The notes below the pieces were generated by a model that worked only from the letters and a program-made list of their open reading frames with translations, was not told the origin of the DNA and did no database searches. Of a stretch of 32,000 nucleotides of DNA, positions 23,380-32,000 are shown piece by piece. The stretch covers positions 210,001 through 242,000 of the forward strand of contig CAVRAI010000009.1 in NCBI GenBank assembly GCA_963718915.1. Direction: 5' to 3'. This DNA comes from an uncultured Chloroflexia bacterium. Its GTDB lineage: Bacteria; Chloroflexota; Ktedonobacteria; Ktedonobacterales; JADMIN01. The translations under genes were made by a program, and so were the position numbers. Every line of letters starts with the position of its first letter. The stretch's first letter is position 1.

Positions 23380-25824
23380 ATGAATCGGGGAGGCCGACAG
23401 GTGTCCGCGACGGAGCTGGAACGCCGGGCGCAGCAAATCAAGGAGGTCGTGCGCGCGAGCACCGCATTACGCGCCGATATGCCACCTGAAGCGATCTGCG
23501 CTCTGGTCGCCCAGACGATTCACGCCACCCTGGGATTCCGGGCAGCCGTTGTCAACCTCATCATTCCGGGGAATCGCTACTTCGCCATCGTCGCCACGGC
23601 CGGAATCTCCGACGCCGAACGCCAGCGGCTCCTCAACGATCCACCGCCAGTGGATCACATCATCTCACTGATGCGGCCGGACTTTCAGGTGAGCCACACC
23701 CGCTCGTATTTCATCGGCCACGAGCATAAGTACCTGCTCGAAGGCGCGGGCGGCATCACGCTGCTGACACCATCCGCCGTCGCCGCGCCGCGCAGCCCCA
23801 ACGCATGGCATCCCGATGATGTCTTCTTCGTCCCGCTGATCAGCGTTCGCGAGAACCGTCTGCTCGGTATCATCTCGCTGGATCTGCCAGAAGACGGCAA
23901 AATCCCTTCGTTTGACACGGTGGAAGTCATCGAGCTGCTCGCGAACCAGGCGGCAACCGCGCTCGACACCGCCAGGCTCTTTCAGGAGCGCGATCACGAG
24001 CGACAGGCGCTCCACCAGGGTTTGGAGGAATTGCTCGCCCATCTGGATCGCATGCGCCAGCGCGACTTAAGCTCGCGCGCGCACCTGCGCACCTCTGCGC
24101 TGACCCATGTCGCGGGGGCGCTCAACGATGTCTCCGAGACGCTGGGCAATGTGCTGGCAGATGTACGGGAAGCGGGGACGGTCGTTCAGCAACAGGCCAG
24201 CGAGATGCGCAACGCGGCGCTCCAACTGGTGAACAACGCCCAGCAACAGGCTGAGCAGATACAGACTGCCTCGCAGGTCATCCAGCGCTCCTCAGAGCAG
24301 ATGCATCAGATCGTCGCGAAGGCCGCAAGCTCCCGCGCCATCGCCGAGGAGGCCAACAGCATCTCGAACGACGGACGCGAAGCCGCCGAGCGCGCGGGCG
24401 AGGGCATGAGCGCGGTGCGCGAGATTACTCTGCAAGCCGCCCGGCGCATCAAGCGTCTCGGGGAGAGCAGCCAGGAAATCAGCAATGTCATCCAGCTCGT
24501 CTCGGAGTTCGCCAGCCAGACCCACCTGCTGGCTCTCAACGCGGCCATCGAGGCGGCCAACGCAGGCGAGCATGGCAGCGGGTTCGCCATCGTCGCGCGC
24601 GAGATTCGCAACCTTGCCCAGAATAGCAACGACGCCACCAAGCAGATTCACGCGCGCATCAAGGGCATCCAGAACGAGACGAATCAGGTGGCAGTCACCG
24701 TTGAATACGCGACACAACAGGTCGTACAGCTTTCTGATCTGGTCACCCGCAGCGGAACCGCGCTCCATGCCATCGATACCGTCATCCAGGAAATCATCAG
24801 TGAGATTGCCATGGTGCATCGCACGGCTGAGGAACAGGCAAGGGCCACGGCTACCGTCGCGGGCACGATGAACACCATCGCGGGCATCACCGGCGCCACC
24901 TGGGAAAGCGCCGAGAACATGCGCGCCTCGATGGACCAGTTGGCCGAACTGGCGGCTATTCTCCAGGCCAAGATCGAGATGTTCCGCCTGAACGAGCGCC
25001 TGCATGGTGGTCCCGCCAGCTCATCGACCAGTCTTCCGCTCTACTCGTCGGGCGTCTCGTCCGGCCTAACGCCCGGCAGAATCACCTCAACACCCGCCTC
25101 GTCGTTTCCTGCTGTGCCATTCCCAGCAACTTCTTCCGCGGGGACTCCTCTTCCGGCGACATCCTACCCTGCCAACCCGTTCGCTGGCGCGCCCGCCGCG
25201 GATCCATTCGCCACATCGTCGCCCAAAGCGAATGCGGCGCCTCCCGCGAACGGCACGGCTGACGGCGACATGACTCTGGAGGCGACTGTGCCGATGCCCG
25301 CGATTCAACCGTCGCCAATCTTCCCAACCAGCAGCAGCCCGCTCACGCCGATGCGTCTTGCCGCGCTCGACGACACCAATGGCGCTGCTCCGCCGCCAGA
25401 TGCGCAACCAGACATGCGACCAGACATGCAACCAGACATGCAACCAGACATGCAACCAGGCATGCCAGGTGCGGCGCCAGCGGAGACTCCAACCGAGGTT
25501 GCTATAGCGGATCAGCCGCCTGACGCCGCGCACGGTGGGACGCCGGAGATGTCGTCGGTGGCGTGGATGGAACAGCCTGCCCCAGAATCGACGGCTGAGG
25601 CGGCCCCAGAGACGACCCCGTTACGTGTCCTGGAGACGAGGCCGCTGCCCGCGCTCGAACCCACCGAGCAGGCTGCATCAGATGCCATGCCCGATGACGC
25701 CATGCCCGATGACGCCATGCCCGATGACGATATGCCCGATGTCGCACCAGAGCCAATGACAGAGCCAGATAGTTCGTCAGACGACGCTTCCACAGTGGAG
25801 CATGGCGCCGATCCCGCGCGATGA
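23380..25824 (+). CDS. soluble methyl-accepting chemotaxis protein with N-terminal GAF domain and long Pro/Ala/Ser/Asp-rich C-terminal tail
   Basis: The MCP signalling hairpin core is SEFASQTHLLALNAAIEAANAGEHGSGFAIVAREIRNLAQNS. A GAF-like N-terminal region is present (FVPLISVRENRLLGIISLDLPE...LLANQAATALDTARLF). No TM segment is evident. The ATG at 23380 follows GAGGAGG; the longest ORF begins at 23308. Confidence 0.88.
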   Translation: MNRGGRQVSATELERRAQQIKEVVRASTALRADMPPEAICALVAQTIHATLGFRAAVVNLIIPGNRYFAIVATAGISDAERQRLLNDPPPVDHIISLMRPDFQVSHTRSYFIGHEHKYLLEGAGGITLLTPSAVAAPRSPNAWHPDDVFFVPLISVRENRLLGIISLDLPEDGKIPSFDTVEVIELLANQAATALDTARLFQERDHERQALHQGLEELLAHLDRMRQRDLSSRAHLRTSALTHVAGALNDVSETLGNVLADVREAGTVVQQQASEMRNAALQLVNNAQQQAEQIQTASQVIQRSSEQMHQIVAKAASSRAIAEEANSISNDGREAAERAGEGMSAVREITLQAARRIKRLGESSQEISNVIQLVSEFASQTHLLALNAAIEAANAGEHGSGFAIVAREIRNLAQNSNDATKQIHARIKGIQNETNQVAVTVEYATQQVVQLSDLVTRSGTALHAIDTVIQEIISEIAMVHRTAEEQARATATVAGTMNTIAGITGATWESAENMRASMDQLAELAAILQAKIEMFRLNERLHGGPASSSTSLPLYSSGVSSGLTPGRITSTPASSFPAVPFPATSSAGTPLPATSYPANPFAGAPAADPFATSSPKANAAPPANGTADGDMTLEATVPMPAIQPSPIFPTSSSPLTPMRLAALDDTNGAAPPPDAQPDMRPDMQPDMQPDMQPGMPGAAPAETPTEVAIADQPPDAAHGGTPEMSSVAWMEQPAPESTAEAAPETTPLRVLETRPLPALEPTEQAASDAMPDDAMPDDAMPDDDMPDVAPEPMTEPDSSSDDASTVEHGADPAR
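25396..25467 (+). repeat. 12-bp tandem repeat (CCAGACATGCAA and variants, about 6 copies) inside the MCP tail
   Basis: It encodes PDAQ-PDMR-PDMQ-PDMQ-PDMQ-PGMP. The three central copies are identical. Confidence 0.9.
25681..25742 (+). repeat. 15-bp tandem repeat (GATGACGCCATGCCC, about 4 copies) inside the MCP tail
   Basis: It encodes DAMP-DDAMP-DDAMP-DDDMP-D. Two copies are identical. Confidence 0.9.
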
Positions 25825-25857
25825 GCGACATGACGCACGCGAGTGGTTACTGGCCAC

Positions 25858-25889
25858 AAAAAAACGGGATGCCAAACAGTGGCATCCCG
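25858..25889 (-). terminator. rho-independent terminator of the small XRE gene (minus strand)
   Basis: A perfect 10-bp stem CGGGATGCCA (25865-25874) / TGGCATCCCG (25880-25889) is followed on the minus strand by T7 (A7 at 25858-25864 on the plus strand). Confidence 0.7.
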
Positions 25890-25948
25890 GGTAGTAACGC
25901 TCCGAAAGGTACGGTTGTCTGAGCGAAGGTAGCGCTGCGCCAGCGGAA

Positions 25949-26206
25949 TCAACCCGTTGGCAGCAGATGCTCCTGCTTTCCAGCTTTGCGCAGGTGATCC
26001 GTCCCCAGGCCAGACAAATTGCCAGCCAGAACCGCTACACTGGTCTCCAGGATAGCGGCGAGACGATGAACAGCGTAGGGCTGCGGATCCTCTTTCCCTT
26101 GCTCAAAGCGAGCAATAGTCTCCCGGCGCAAACCGGTCAACTCGGCCAACTGACCGAGGCTGAGGCCGTTCCGTTGCCGTACCTGCCGCAAACCACGTAA
26201 CTTCAT
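25949..26206 (-). CDS. XRE-family helix-turn-helix protein
   Basis: 85 aa, LRQVRQRNGLSLGQLAELTGLRRETIARFEQGKEDPQPYAVHRLAAIL. The RBS GAGGAGGG is upstream. Confidence 0.8.
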   Translation of the reverse strand: MKLRGLRQVRQRNGLSLGQLAELTGLRRETIARFEQGKEDPQPYAVHRLAAILETSVAVLAGNLSGLGTDHLRKAGKQEHLLPTG

Positions 26207-26447
26207 ACGCCCTCCTCATCGAGGTGTACACAGCCAAACAAGCTACGCTGCTTGCCTGGCGTGCATGGGCGACCGACCACCAGATGTGGACGACCGACCC
26301 TATTCGCATTCTAGCATCTCAGCCATAGGACGTCCAGTTATTTCTTACGAGAACGCTTCCCCCATTCCGCGGTACACAGAATGGGGTACGGGACTACGTG
26401 TTTACTGGCACATGAGCGTCAGGACGTCACCGCATCCTGATGATCCG

Positions 26448-27476
26448 CTACTGCCCTTCTGGGCCGGGGAAATGGCACGCCGCCAGGTGATTGGGGCGTT
26501 TGGCCTCCAGCGGAGGCGTGACCTCGCGACAGATTGCCTGGGCGCGCCAGCAGCGGGGATTGAATGGGCAGCCTGTCGGCGGGTTCACAGGGCTGGGCAC
26601 GTCGCCTACCAGAATGATGCGCTTGCGCTGTCGCTCCAGATCAGGGTCTGTGAGCGGGCTGGCGGAGAGCAACGCGATGGTATACGGATGCTGCGGGTTG
26701 CTATAGACCTCATCGGCGTTGCCAAGCTCGACAATATGCCCCAGGTACATCACCGCGACGCGATTGCTGATGTGCTTGATGGCCGCCAGATTGTGGGCAA
26801 TAAACAGGTAGGTCAAATTGAACTGGTTCTGCAGATCGAGCAGCAGATTTAGCACCTGCGCCTGAATCGAGACATCGAGCGCGGAGATCGGCTCGTCTGC
26901 CACGATGAACTGTGGATTGAGCGCAAGGGCGCGCGCAATGCCAATGCGCTGGCGCTGGCCACCGCTGAACTCATGGGGATAGCGGTTCACATAGTTGGGG
27001 TTGAGTCCCACGACCTGAAGCAGTTCTTTGACGCGGTCCAACCGCTCGGCGCGGGTGCCACGATTGAAATTTTCGAGTGGCTCGGCGACGACTCGCCCGA
27101 CGGTGTAGCGTGGGTCAAGCGAACTGAAGGGATCCTGGAAGATCATCTGCATATTGGCGCGCTTGTGGCGTATCGCGCTGGTGCTGAGGTGGCTGATCTC
27201 TTCGCCCTGGAAGTAGACCTCACCCGCCGTTGGTTTGATCAGTTGCAGCACCGCACGCCCCAGCGTGGACTTGCCACAGCCGCTCTCGCCCACCAGGCCC
27301 AGCACCTCGCCCTGCTTCACTTGCAGGTCCACGCCGTCTACGGCCTTCACCGAAGCAACCGCTCGTCCGAGCAGGCCACCTTTGATCGGGAAGTGCACTT
27401 TTAAGTTACGGATATCGACCAGCGTGTTCCCGGTTGGTTGCGCCGGAAAGCCGGATTGTGTTGACTCTGCCGCCAT
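26448..27476 (-). CDS. peptide (Opp/Dpp-type) ABC transporter ATP-binding protein, OppF/DppF-like
   Basis: Walker A is GESGCGKST, the signature is [15 protein letters not shown] and Walker B is [14 protein letters not shown]-terminal oligopeptide-type extension ends with ...CHFP. Confidence 0.9.
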   Translation of the reverse strand: MAAESTQSGFPAQPTGNTLVDIRNLKVHFPIKGGLLGRAVASVKAVDGVDLQVKQGEVLGLVGESGCGKSTLGRAVLQLIKPTAGEVYFQGEEISHLSTSAIRHKRANMQMIFQDPFSSLDPRYTVGRVVAEPLENFNRGTRAERLDRVKELLQVVGLNPNYVNRYPHEFSGGQRQRIGIARALALNPQFIVADEPISALDVSIQAQVLNLLLDLQNQFNLTYLFIAHNLAAIKHISNRVAVMYLGHIVELGNADEVYSNPQHPYTIALLSASPLTDPDLERQRKRIILVGDVPSPVNPPTGCPFNPRCWRAQAICREVTPPLEAKRPNHLAACHFPGPEGQ

Positions 27477-27567
27477 GAACTCTCTCCCTCGTTACCTGCG
27501 TTGCCGTCGCAACACCGGCATCGGATCCAGATAGATTATTCCGTGTGCCGCGCTGCGACACGACATC

Positions 27568-28536
27568 TCAATATGGGTAGAAACACGCCGCCCTCTGATT
27601 CGGGCCGACGTTTTCCAACAGAGGAAGCTCCTGGCGGCACCGCGGCTGCGCCTTGCGACAGCGTGGCGCGAACGGACATCCAGGTGGGAGGTTGACCAGA
27701 TTTGGCGGCTGACCACCAATCGCGGCCAGACGCTCCCCACGCTGTTGATCTGGCCGGGGAACGGCTGCCAGCAACGCCTGTGTGTAGGGGTGCGCCGGAG
27801 TCTTAAAGATGGAAGCCGTCGGAGCGGTCTCTACAACGCGCCCGGCATACATCACACAGACACGATCACACGTCCCCGCTACCACGCCCAGGTCATGGGT
27901 GATAAGCAGCGTCGCCGTGCGGAACTCCGTCGCCAGACCTTTCATCAGGTCCAGCACCTGCGCCTGAATCGTCACGTCGAGCGCGGTGGTTGGCTCGTCG
28001 GCGATCAGGATTTGTGGGTTGCATGACAGCGCGATGGCGATCATCACGCGCTGGCGCATACCACCGCTGAACTGGTGAGGATAATCCTTCAGCCGTCTGC
28101 GCGCCTCAGGAATACGCACGCGATCGAGCATCTCCGCGGCACGATTCATGGCGGTGGTGTCATCCATCTTCAGGTGCGCCTTGACGGCCTCCGCAATCTG
28201 ATAGCCAATCGGCAGCACCGGGTTGAGCGACGTCATGGGATCCTGGAAGATCATCGCAATCTGGCCACCGCGCAGTTTATAGAGATCTTCCTGATCCATG
28301 TCCCGAATGTCATCGCCCTTGTACAGAATCTCGCCACCGACTATTTTCCCCGGAGGGCCAACCAGCCGCATAATCGAGAGCGAGGTAACACTCTTCCCAC
28401 AGCCGCTCTCACCCACCAATCCGAGCGTCTCGCTCTCATTGAGGGTAAAGGACACATCTTCTACCGCTTTGGCGACCCCGCTACGGGTGTAAAAGTGTGT
28501 CTGGAGGTTCTTTACTTCCAGCAACATTTCGGCCAT
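27568..28536 (-). CDS. peptide (Opp/Dpp-type) ABC transporter ATP-binding protein, OppD/DppD-like
   Basis: Walker A is [10 protein letters not shown], the signature is [15 protein letters not shown] and Walker B is [12 protein letters not shown]. The C-terminal extension contains PGCPFAPRC. Confidence 0.9.
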   Translation of the reverse strand: MAEMLLEVKNLQTHFYTRSGVAKAVEDVSFTLNESETLGLVGESGCGKSVTSLSIMRLVGPPGKIVGGEILYKGDDIRDMDQEDLYKLRGGQIAMIFQDPMTSLNPVLPIGYQIAEAVKAHLKMDDTTAMNRAAEMLDRVRIPEARRRLKDYPHQFSGGMRQRVMIAIALSCNPQILIADEPTTALDVTIQAQVLDLMKGLATEFRTATLLITHDLGVVAGTCDRVCVMYAGRVVETAPTASIFKTPAHPYTQALLAAVPRPDQQRGERLAAIGGQPPNLVNLPPGCPFAPRCRKAQPRCRQELPLLENVGPNQRAACFYPY

Positions 28537-28718
28537 GTATACCTCGAATCGATCAAAATCTCATCACCGACGCGCGACGAGATCGCTACTTCACAGCATA
28601 TGCTGTAGAAACGTCTGATGTAAAATCCCCGGCGCGATGCCATTGCTACCGCTGTTGCCGTTGCTGGTCACCGCGCCACGCTACGTACCACCACGTACCA
28701 TGCCGCAACGAATGCGCG

Positions 28719-29801
28719 CTAGTCCTTCTTGCGCGGGTTGAAGGCATCACTGACGCCATCACCCATGAATGAGAAGGCAATGACAATGATGATGAGCACA
28801 AGGCAAGGCCACATCTCTTCCGTCCACGCGGTCGGCGAATAGATCTTCGCTTGCGCATCGGAGATCATCAGGCCCAGGCTGGTGGCGGGCGGCTGTAACC
28901 CGGCGCCAAGCAGACTGATACCTGCCTCGCCGATGATGGTGGCAAGGATATTGAGTGTCGACGCGACGATGACAATCGGCAGCACATTCGGCACGATGTG
29001 TCGCCTCAGAATGTTGAAGGTGCTGGTGCCGACGGTATGGGCCGCTTCGACAAACTGGCGCTCTTTCAACTCGAGCGTCTGTCCGCGAACGTAACGCATC
29101 ATCAACGGCCACGACAGTAATCCAATGGCGAGCGTCAATAAGAGCATACGCCCAAAAACGGCGTTGTTGTGGAACCAGGTATCAAAAATCGGGCCAAGGG
29201 ATGCGCCCATCAGCAGAATGAGCAGCAGTCCTGGGAAGGCAAAGATAATGTCGGTGAATCGATCCAGGACGAGGCCGAGCCCTCCCCCAAACCATCCTGC
29301 CAACGTCCCCAGCACCACACCCAGACCGATATCAAAAACCTCCACCATCAGCGCCAGCTCGATAGAGATGTTGACACCACCGAGCAAACGGGCGAAAATG
29401 TCGCGCCCAATGGTATCCGTTCCCAACGGATGCACCAAAGAATTGGGGCCAAGAGGGAACAGTGTGCCGGGTGTATCGGAACTACTCAGGTCAACGTTGA
29501 GCGGATTATGGTAGTCGTTTGGGCCAACGTGCTCGGTTCCCGTTATACCGCCCACAATGGTTGGCCCAAGGTGGCGATAGATCGGAGGGAAGACAAAGCT
29601 CCCGACGACGATGATGAGTACGACTGCCAGGCAGAAGACAGCGCGTTTGTCACGCGCAAACCGCCGGGCGGCGGCGCGCAAGGGCGAGATAGATCGCGAC
29701 TCGGCGATCTCCGCCATCTCCAGTTGGGTGTAATTTGCTGTTCCAACTATCGGTTCTTTGTCGATGTTACCCGTTCCCTGAGGGGTGTCGATAGTATCCA
29801 T
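28719..29801 (-). CDS. peptide ABC transporter permease, OppC/DppC-like
   Basis: 360 aa polytopic protein with the EAA-type loop region FVEAAHTVGTSTFNILRRHIVPNVLP. Confidence 0.9.
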   Translation of the reverse strand: MDTIDTPQGTGNIDKEPIVGTANYTQLEMAEIAESRSISPLRAAARRFARDKRAVFCLAVVLIIVVGSFVFPPIYRHLGPTIVGGITGTEHVGPNDYHNPLNVDLSSSDTPGTLFPLGPNSLVHPLGTDTIGRDIFARLLGGVNISIELALMVEVFDIGLGVVLGTLAGWFGGGLGLVLDRFTDIIFAFPGLLLILLMGASLGPIFDTWFHNNAVFGRMLLLTLAIGLLSWPLMMRYVRGQTLELKERQFVEAAHTVGTSTFNILRRHIVPNVLPIVIVASTLNILATIIGEAGISLLGAGLQPPATSLGLMISDAQAKIYSPTAWTEEMWPCLVLIIIVIAFSFMGDGVSDAFNPRKKD

Positions 29802-29869
29802 CTACGTCATCTACCTCTCTGTCGATAAAACACTCGTGGAAGGCCGCCTCACTGGCGCGCTTCCCAACC

Positions 29870-30895
29870 TCAGGAAACTTTGATACGTGGATCGAGAACG
29901 CCATAGACCAGGTCAACGACCAGGTTCATGAACGCCACCGCAATCGCGACGATCATCACCGTGCCCTGGACTGTTGGCATATCTTTATTGCTGATAGATG
30001 CCACGGCGAGAAACCCGATTCCAGGAATCTGGAAGAGGGTCTCGGTAAAGAACGCGCCGCCAACGACGAACGCCACCGCCGGACCAAGGGCCGTTACCAG
30101 AGGCACCAGCGCGTTGCGGAAGGCATGGCGCACCACGACAACGCGCTCGCGCACGCCTTTTGCGCGCGCGGTTCTGACGTAATCCTGTTCAAGCACCTCG
30201 AGCATTGTCGTGCGTGTTAAGCGCGCATAAAAGCCTAGACCCAGCAAGGTAAGGAGCAATATCGGACCCACCGCGTGGATATCGAAAAGCCCGTTCCATC
30301 CAGATACCGGCAGGAAAGGCAGATTGTGCAGTGAGAGGTACACCATCACCAGTTGGAAGATCGGAATCGAAATAAAGGTAGGGATTGCGTAGAGGGCGAG
30401 CGCGGTGGTCATGCTTGTGGTATCAAGCTTGCTCCCCGCACGCACAGCGGCAATGATACCAACCGGCACTCCAATGATCACCTGCAAGAAGAGGGAGGTC
30501 AGGCCGAGTTGCGCCGAGATCGGCACGCCACTACCAAGGATATCTAAGACCCTACGCCCGCGCTGCGTAAAAGAAATCCCCAGGTCGAAGTGCAGCAGGT
30601 TATTCAGAAAATTACCGTACTGCTGATACCAGGGGAGATCGAGATGATACAGATGATTGAGTTGGGCGATGCCCGCCGCGGTACATTTGGGCTGACAAAG
30701 CAATTCCACCGGAGAGCCAGGGGAGACGTAGCCGAGGATAAAGGTAATAAACGTGACACCGAACAACACGAAGACAAGGCCCGCGAGTCGTCTGATAAGA
30801 AATCGGGGGCCGATACGAATGCCCCCATAGGCCAACACACCGACCAGGAGCAGTACGACGATAATGGCGGGCAGGCTAGAGAGGAGTTGATCCAC
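29870..30895 (-). CDS. peptide ABC transporter permease, OppB/DppB-like
   Basis: The protein is polytopic with the motif YVRTARAKGVRERVVVVRHAFRNALVPLVT. The GTG at 30895 lies 7 nt after AGGAGG. The ORF track's ATG at 30937 lies inside a tandem repeat and lacks an RBS. Confidence 0.88.
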   Translation of the reverse strand: MDQLLSSLPAIIVVLLLVGVLAYGGIRIGPRFLIRRLAGLVFVLFGVTFITFILGYVSPGSPVELLCQPKCTAAGIAQLNHLYHLDLPWYQQYGNFLNNLLHFDLGISFTQRGRRVLDILGSGVPISAQLGLTSLFLQVIIGVPVGIIAAVRAGSKLDTTSMTTALALYAIPTFISIPIFQLVMVYLSLHNLPFLPVSGWNGLFDIHAVGPILLLTLLGLGFYARLTRTTMLEVLEQDYVRTARAKGVRERVVVVRHAFRNALVPLVTALGPAVAFVVGGAFFTETLFQIPGIGFLAVASISNKDMPTVQGTVMIVAIAVAFMNLVVDLVYGVLDPRIKVS

Positions 30896-30923
30896 TGAGA
30901 CGCCTCCTTTGCACGATGTCATC

Positions 30924-30962
30924 AACGAGCGAATCAAACGAGCGAATCAAACGAGCGAATCA
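30924..30962. repeat. 13-bp perfect tandem repeat AACGAGCGAATCA x3 just upstream of the oppB-like RBS
   Basis: The three copies are read directly at 30924-30936, 30937-30949 and 30950-30962. Confidence 0.9.
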
Positions 30963-31049
30963 CGAATGCGGAAGAGCGACGATGTGTGGTCACCAGTGCT
31001 GTTCGGGTACACAGCCAGGTTCCATGCCAGATCATCGGTAGATAGCCCT

Positions 31050-31071
31050 CTGCGCAACACCTGCGCAACAC
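31050..31071. repeat. 11-bp tandem duplication CTGCGCAACAC x2
   Basis: The two copies are read directly at 31050-31060 and 31061-31071. Confidence 0.8.
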
Positions 31072-31489
31072 CTTGATCAGCGTGTTTGACCACCTGTGGC
31101 AAAGCCATTGAGCTATTGACGAACTGTGTTTGCTGGTTTTACACACCCATCGCCTCTGGCGCGCCTCCACCGGGCATTCCCGGCAAGCGTACAACGGATT
31201 CGCTCAGCTGAGTAGGAGGCGAAAGGCCAGATAACATGGGAAGGTATGATTGCCACCATAGTATCACAAGGAGCGACGTGCGCAAGAGGATTAGGCCCGC
31301 GCTCGCAGTGGTACTGGATGGGACATCACATAACGCGCCTGTAGTCTGCGTGTGACTCGATACAATTACGGTGAGAAGCGCACAACAAACCCGCGGAAAT
31401 GGGAAGAAAGTACAGGCAGCCTTCAACAAAGGCCACACGAACGCATTGCCGTGAGTTCTCTGTCCGCTTCTTTGCTGGTTCTTCGCGAA

Positions 31490-31528
31490 CCGCCTGCCCC
31501 TACTCCAAAAAAGAGTTGGGACAGGCGG
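31490..31528 (-). terminator. long imperfect hairpin about 70 nt downstream of the substrate-binding-protein gene (possible intra-operon attenuator/terminator)
   Basis: CCGCCTGCCCCTACTC-CAAAAAA-GAGTTGGGACAGGCGG forms about 14 pairs with two mismatches. There is no U-tract on the minus strand. Confidence 0.35.
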
Positions 31529-31598
31529 CCTGTGGATGCGCCAATCGAGACTTCTTACGAAGCAGGTATCAGCGCACCCCGAAGAACGCTACATGCGA

Positions 31599-32000
31599 CT
31601 AGTGATTCGCGATGTAGGAGGACTGCCAGGCGGGCAGCGGGAAGGATCCCTGAGCGGTCTGGACAAAGCCACCCTTGACCCACGTGCGTACGCGATAGTA
31701 GTTCTGGTACTGTGACGTTGGGCACCAGGCAACCTGGTCGACAATCATCTGCTCAGCCTGATTGTACAGCGGAACGCGCTGGCTCATATCCTGAAGTCCA
31801 TCGGCCTGCTTCATCAGGGCGTCGGCCTCTGGGATACTGGCATTCTGCTCGTTGTACGGCGAATCCGTCGAGAAGAGCAGTGTCGTCCAGTCCTCAGGAT
31901 CTGGATAGTCTGCGGCCCACGCGAAGCGGTAGAGCTGGAGGGTCTTAGACTGCTCCTCCTGGAGGATGGTCTTCCAGGCGGTCTGGTCAATGGTCGCGTT
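31599..32000 (-). CDS. peptide ABC transporter substrate-binding protein (family 5), C-terminal part only (5' end outside window)
   Basis: The frame is open to the window edge. The translation is ...YRFAWAADYPDPEDWTTLLFSTDSPYNEQNASIPEADALMKQADGLQDMSQRVPLYNQAEQMIVDQVAWCPTSQ..., typical of the OppA/DppA C-terminus. Confidence 0.85.
   Translation of the reverse strand, partial: NATIDQTAWKTILQEEQSKTLQLYRFAWAADYPDPEDWTTLLFSTDSPYNEQNASIPEADALMKQADGLQDMSQRVPLYNQAEQMIVDQVAWCPTSQYQNYYRVRTWVKGGFVQTAQGSFPLPAWQSSYIANH

Noticed and set aside
30962-31598. Possible T-box or other riboswitch in the long leader before the permease genes
   Set aside because: I looked on the minus strand for the T-box consensus (GGGTGGTACCGCG-like) and for other familiar riboswitch cores. 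I found only weak partial matches such as GGTGGTCAAACACG. There is no support without a covariance-model search.

Overview
High-GC bacterial chromosomal window, mostly core and housekeeping genes on both strands. There is a small mobile-DNA scar next to the tmRNA gene, and several short dispersed repeat families sit in intergenic DNA.

Gene order, left to right:
- Partial HD-GYP/LuxR regulator, alpha/beta hydrolase and a DUF1697 protein.
- Two tandem paralogous membrane-anchored Asp-box (BNR) beta-propeller proteins, tightly coupled to a frame-disrupted larC.
- Tandem-GNAT acetyltransferase, folP-folC (ATGA overlap) and an RluB-type pseudouridine synthase.
- A frame-disrupted ThrE-type exporter that runs into an IS5-family remnant, then a DUF1295 membrane protein.
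- A winged-helix regulator plus membrane protein operon preceded by twin TAGAGTACTCTA palindromes.
- An XRE regulator divergent from DUF4177-clpP, with twin ATGCT/AGCAT palindromes between them.
- An SDR epimerase and a metallophosphoesterase.
- ssrA (tmRNA), followed by an intact IS5-family IS plus IS1-like and umuC-like fragments.
- An FKBP PPIase.
- An AhpD/CMD-family gene whose CxxC motif carries an in-frame TGA (candidate selenoprotein with a SECIS-like hairpin).
- A soluble GAF-MCP with a long repeat-bearing disordered tail, and a small XRE protein.
- An Opp/Dpp-type peptide ABC transporter operon (substrate-binding gene truncated by the window end) with an unusual ~0.66 kb non-coding spacer.

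No rRNA, tRNA or CRISPR array was seen. I do not see a convincing multi-gene novel system such as a defence island. The most unusual items are the recoding candidate (TGA in CxxC), the two +1 frame breaks (larC, thrE-like), the two regulator/operator modules, the tmRNA-adjacent IS scar and the structured repeats. All calls come from reading the sequence and ORF translations; no database search was run.
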